This document shows positions 60,683 through 64,000 of a stretch of DNA of 64,000 nucleotides, piece by piece (the stretch's first letter is position 1; each line of letters opens with the position of its first letter). The DNA comes from an uncultured Clostridium sp. (lineage in GTDB: Bacteria; Bacillota; Clostridia; Lachnospirales; Lachnospiraceae): NCBI GenBank assembly GCA_963523075.1, contig CAURBW010000027.1, positions 5,260 to 69,259 on the forward strand. Direction: 5' to 3'. The notes beneath the pieces were generated by a model. That model searched no databases and was not told where the DNA came from. It was given only the letters and a program-made list of their open reading frames with translations. Made by a program: the position numbers and the translations under genes.

Positions 60683-62164
60683 CTAAATCATAAAATCTTT
60701 ACGCTCTAATACTCTTATCTCATTTCCTCCGTCTGCCATGTTCATAGCAAAATCTAAAGCATCAAAAAGATCGTCATGCTCTACCTCTGGGAACAATAAC
60801 AGGCACTCCTCCAGATCATCCATGCCCTCTCTGAAAAATACCTTACCATTCTCAAAATTAGCAGATCTCCTCATAGCCCTTGTTACTTTATCCTTAGAAG
60901 TATTGATATTTATAATAGGCAATAGGCTAAGCCTCCTAAGCTCCTGCGGTAGTGATTTCTGATAAGCATTAGCCTCTACGCCTATCCTCTCCACCATAGG
61001 GTACTTATCCCTGCCATAACTGATTATGGTATTAAGCTGAGTATTAAATGTGAGCCTCTCCTTGACATAATCCAGTACATACACATTCCGCTCATCATCC
61101 ACACCTATTACCATGAGTACAAAGTAATCCCCGTTATCTGTCTCTTTCTCCGATATGGCTAAGTCACATCCAAAACACAACCTAACCTTAATCCACTGAT
61201 CTATGCCGTCAGCGTTCTTAATCCTGATCTTAGCGGTCTGAAAATCATAATCAATTTTGTACTCCTCGTAATAGTGGAAGTACTTAGCCTTAAAGATTTT
61301 ACCTTTAGCCAGCTCCGTATCATTCTGGTACTGCATATTGAAAATAATCTTACCGCTATCCTTTTGTATCTGCTTTAGCCTCTCTAAACTAAATTTCTCC
61401 TCCCACAGGGAGCACGCCTTACCGCCCACCTTACGGATAGCCTGCTGTACATTTACTATATAGGATTTACTCTTTATCAGATCCTCATATAAATCCAACG
61501 GATTGTATCTAGTGCCTAATATATGTATTTCTCCATCTGGCTCCAGTGTAGGGAATAGAGAAGAGTAAAACCACTCCTTTAAATTTGCCCTCTGCTTCTC
61601 CGTTCTGGCATTCTCCAGCCCCACTAAATCATCTCCAATAATAATATCAAAGTGCTTAGAAATAACCGCTCCAGAGGCTCCCAGTGCGGTTAGAGTAGCC
61701 TCCTTTTTAATAACAGTACGCTTATTTACCGTAAACTCTCTATCATTCCATACATTATCCTTACTCTTTTTCCAATCCCCAAAGATACGAATAAGATCTA
61801 CATTCTGCTCAAAGTGAGTACGCACCTCTTTTAGAAATGCCTCCGCCTGTGTTTGAGTTTTCGATCCTATCATGATACGTATATTTGGATCTCTAAGGAT
61901 CTTTGTAATACAATAATCCACATCTCCTACAGTACTTTTACCAAAACCTCTAGGGGCTAAATCCAGTGTGCTCTTACTGCTGGAGATATTAGAGATAATA
62001 CTTTTATGGAGCTCCATCACATTACGCTTAGTAATGTACTTGCACACTAAGTAATAGGCTATCTCAAAAGAGGCATTTTCTATAAGGTGCTTAATCATCG
62101 CATCTTTATTATCTGCCTCCTCCAGCATTTCCTCCACTATCTGTACTTTACTGTAATCTAACAC
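60683..62164 (-). CDS. terL: Terminase large subunit
   Basis: PRGFGKST Walker A, IIGDD Walker B, GTRY, DLA and HDDLFDA nuclease motifs. Confidence 0.93.
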   Translation of the reverse strand: MLDYSKVQIVEEMLEEADNKDAMIKHLIENASFEIAYYLVCKYITKRNVMELHKSIISNISSSKSTLDLAPRGFGKSTVGDVDYCITKILRDPNIRIMIGSKTQTQAEAFLKEVRTHFEQNVDLIRIFGDWKKSKDNVWNDREFTVNKRTVIKKEATLTALGASGAVISKHFDIIIGDDLVGLENARTEKQRANLKEWFYSSLFPTLEPDGEIHILGTRYNPLDLYEDLIKSKSYIVNVQQAIRKVGGKACSLWEEKFSLERLKQIQKDSGKIIFNMQYQNDTELAKGKIFKAKYFHYYEEYKIDYDFQTAKIRIKNADGIDQWIKVRLCFGCDLAISEKETDNGDYFVLMVIGVDDERNVYVLDYVKERLTFNTQLNTIISYGRDKYPMVERIGVEANAYQKSLPQELRRLSLLPIININTSKDKVTRAMRRSANFENGKVFFREGMDDLEECLLLFPEVEHDDLFDALDFAMNMADGGNEIRVLERKDFMI

Positions 62165-62216
62165 ATCCTCCTAGCCTCCTCTCTTACACAATAAAAAAGG
62201 AGCCTTTCCAGCTCCC

Positions 62217-62405
62217 TTATATTGTCACGATTTTTAGTATAAGTACCAATGCCACAACCCATAAAACTATCACGTCACAGGCTAAATAACTCTTGAATTT
62301 ATGTGTTTCTGGCATATTCATAAAATATTGAGTAGTGACAATGGATAATAAAATTACCACTACAGTACAGATTATGAATACCAGCTTTAAAAACCCTATT
62401 AACAT
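62217..62405 (-). CDS. Small two-TM phage protein
   Basis: Two hydrophobic segments; overlaps upstream gene stop. Confidence 0.55.
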   Translation of the reverse strand: MLIGFLKLVFIICTVVVILLSIVTTQYFMNMPETHKFKSYLACDVIVLWVVALVLILKIVTI

Positions 62406-62911
62406 ACCCCTGCCTCCTCATATGCTTTCTGGAGCTTAGGGCTCTGTATGGCTATCCAGTCTATCATCTCCTCATTTTTAGCCCAACACTTACTACTGTA
62501 GGCATTTTGCCATAATCCGCTCTCATAGAAAAAGGCGTGTACTATTTCATGCCGTATAACCCTTTTCTGGTAGCTTACAAGATCCTTTACGCTCTCTGCA
62601 CTCTGTTTATAATTGAATACCAATAGCTCCTTAACAGATGGATCACACCATCCATCCGCCTCCCTATCATACCTGTAATCCTCTTTCTCAATAATGAGGA
62701 TACTGTACTGGGTACCTAAAATATTAACAGTAGATTTCCCCTCTCTATGAGGCTGGTTACTTCCCGTTATCTCCAGCTCTGCAATATCTACTGTTATCTC
62801 CAGCTCTGTATCACACAGAGAAAGAGTAACCTTATCCTTATCATCTATAGCCTTTACCTCTCCCACCATGCTCTTATATGTTTTTAAAGATACTATATCT
62901 CCTACTTTCAT
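62399..62911 (-). CDS. Phage protein with HExxH motif
   Basis: RHEIVHAFFYESG, NEEMIDWIAIQ; AGGAGG RBS. Confidence 0.7.
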   Translation of the reverse strand: MKVGDIVSLKTYKSMVGEVKAIDDKDKVTLSLCDTELEITVDIAELEITGSNQPHREGKSTVNILGTQYSILIIEKEDYRYDREADGWCDPSVKELLVFNYKQSAESVKDLVSYQKRVIRHEIVHAFFYESGLWQNAYSSKCWAKNEEMIDWIAIQSPKLQKAYEEAGVC

Positions 62912-63045
62912 CTCTGTTCTTCCTCCTTTTCCATATTCTCAATACTTATTTCTGCGTTCTTACTGGCTACGCACAATGCCATTGTAAATATTCCAATAGT
63001 AGCTCCAATCACTAAGCATACTCCTCCCACAATTACATATCCCAT
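62908..63045 (-). CDS. 45-aa membrane peptide (DUF3789-like; not in ORF track)
   Basis: MGYVIVGGVCLVIGATIGIFTMALCVASK...; ATGA overlap with next gene. Confidence 0.6.
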   Translation of the reverse strand: MGYVIVGGVCLVIGATIGIFTMALCVASKNAEISIENMEKEEEQR

Positions 63046-63124
63046 AACCTTTCCCTCCTTACACATACAGGAGAGCTTTTTGGGCTCTCCTGCTATTGCT
63101 ATTCTGCTATTAAATCCTCTAAGA

Positions 63125-63745
63125 TTAATCCCTTACAGGTAAAGGTGTACCCATATCTCCTCTTACAATCTCTGCCCTGCCCTCTGTGATAACTGCATAA
63201 CTGTGTGGATCATAATACTTATTCAGAAATTCCAATACTGGCATACAAGCCTTATGAAATTCATCCGACTTCTTTTTATGCTCCTCATGAGGAGTAGTTC
63301 CCTCCTCTTCCTCAATTTTTCCTGTAAGTTGCTTAATAAATTCCTCTACATCTACGCCGTCTGGCACCTTTACCAGAATAGGCTTAACAGATAACGCCTC
63401 TTCCTGCATAATATCCTCCAGAATAGCGTCCAAGCCGTATACAAGGGCATCCATAAAATCATCTTCTCCAGTATAAGAATTGTGAGTACATCTACAATTA
63501 GGATGGTTTGCTGGAGGTACCTGCTTAGCTCTCTCCTCCTCAATGGCATCAATCTCAAACTGGATAAACTCCTGTGCTTTCTTAAGATCCTGCACAACGT
63601 CCTCTTTCCGCCCTGCTCTTGTTATGTACTTTACCGCTGATCCCAGATTAAAGTTAAGCCCCCACTCTCTGATAACGTCCTTAGGCTCAAACTTACTAAA
63701 ACAATAATGATTAGGATGCTTAACTGCATCTCCTGCTTTATTCAT
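63125..63745 (-). CDS. DUF3310-domain phage protein with long C-terminal extension
   Basis: VKHPNHY, FNLGSAVKYITRAGRK, DLKKA. Confidence 0.78.
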   Translation of the reverse strand: MNKAGDAVKHPNHYCFSKFEPKDVIREWGLNFNLGSAVKYITRAGRKEDVVQDLKKAQEFIQFEIDAIEEERAKQVPPANHPNCRCTHNSYTGEDDFMDALVYGLDAILEDIMQEEALSVKPILVKVPDGVDVEEFIKQLTGKIEEEEGTTPHEEHKKKSDEFHKACMPVLEFLNKYYDPHSYAVITEGRAEIVRGDMGTPLPVRD

Positions 63746-63760
63746 CGTATTTTCCTCCTC

Positions 63761-63997
63761 TTATCCAAAACAATGTTCTCTAAAATCTTTCTTACCCATT
63801 CCATCCTTAATAGCACCCACATCCAGCTTAGGCTCTAATACCTTTGCTGTAGTAAGGCTTACGCTTTCCCAGCTCTCCATCCCCTTACTGTCCGTAAAGA
63901 TAACCTCCCTGTTTCCGTCATACCTGCGATAACCCATAAGCACTCTCCAGCGGTTCACATTACAATCCCACACTGGCTCTCCTATATATCCATCCAA
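63761..63997 (-). CDS. Hypothetical phage protein (may begin outside window)
   Basis: Minus-strand ORF at window edge, upstream of the RBS of the next gene. Confidence 0.5.
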   Translation of the reverse strand: MDGYIGEPVWDCNVNRWRVLMGYRRYDGNREVIFTDSKGMESWESVSLTTAKVLEPKLDVGAIKDGMGKKDFREHCFG

Positions 63998-64000
63998 TTC

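Larger units (their letters stand above)
35370..64000 (-). mobile_element. Integrated myovirus-type prophage (continues beyond window)
   Basis: Ordered terminase-portal-head-neck-contractile tail-fibre-lysis-integrase modules on one strand; left boundary approximate. Confidence 0.95.

Noticed and set aside
35370..64000. Second VR target elsewhere in the window
   Set aside because: None seen by eye; a BLASTN of TR against the whole genome is needed to exclude remote targets

Overview
Lachnospiraceae/Clostridiales-like chromosome (taxon inferred from gene content only). Bases 1 to ~35,370 are host DNA: pstB-phoU, a beta-glucoside PTS operon with a BglG/LicT RAT attenuator, nagA, two two-component systems, yhaM, mutS2, a BlaI/BlaR1-type module whose sensor carries cell-wall-binding repeats, PIN-PhoH, an AraR-type regulator with a ChvE/GguAB sugar ABC transporter, trmL, an aminotransferase with an Lrp regulator, VanW, a DEDDh exonuclease and nth. 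From ~35,370 to the window end lies a contractile-tailed prophage on the minus strand. It appears to have been inserted by a large serine recombinase inside a radical-SAM gene. The prophage carries a diversity-generating retroelement (DGR): RT 39631-40887, template repeat (TR) 41140-41264 and variable repeat (VR) 41444-41568 at the tail-fibre C-terminus. All 26 TR/VR mismatches fall on TR adenines (22 A>G, 4 A>T, 0 A>C). The DGR has no recognisable avd gene, its RT has apparent insertions, and its spacer is structured and contains a candidate template-primer duplex. The prophage also encodes a MuF head protein fused to an ADP-ribosyltransferase domain, followed by a small Cys-rich candidate immunity gene. 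All family assignments are by motif recognition; no searches were run.
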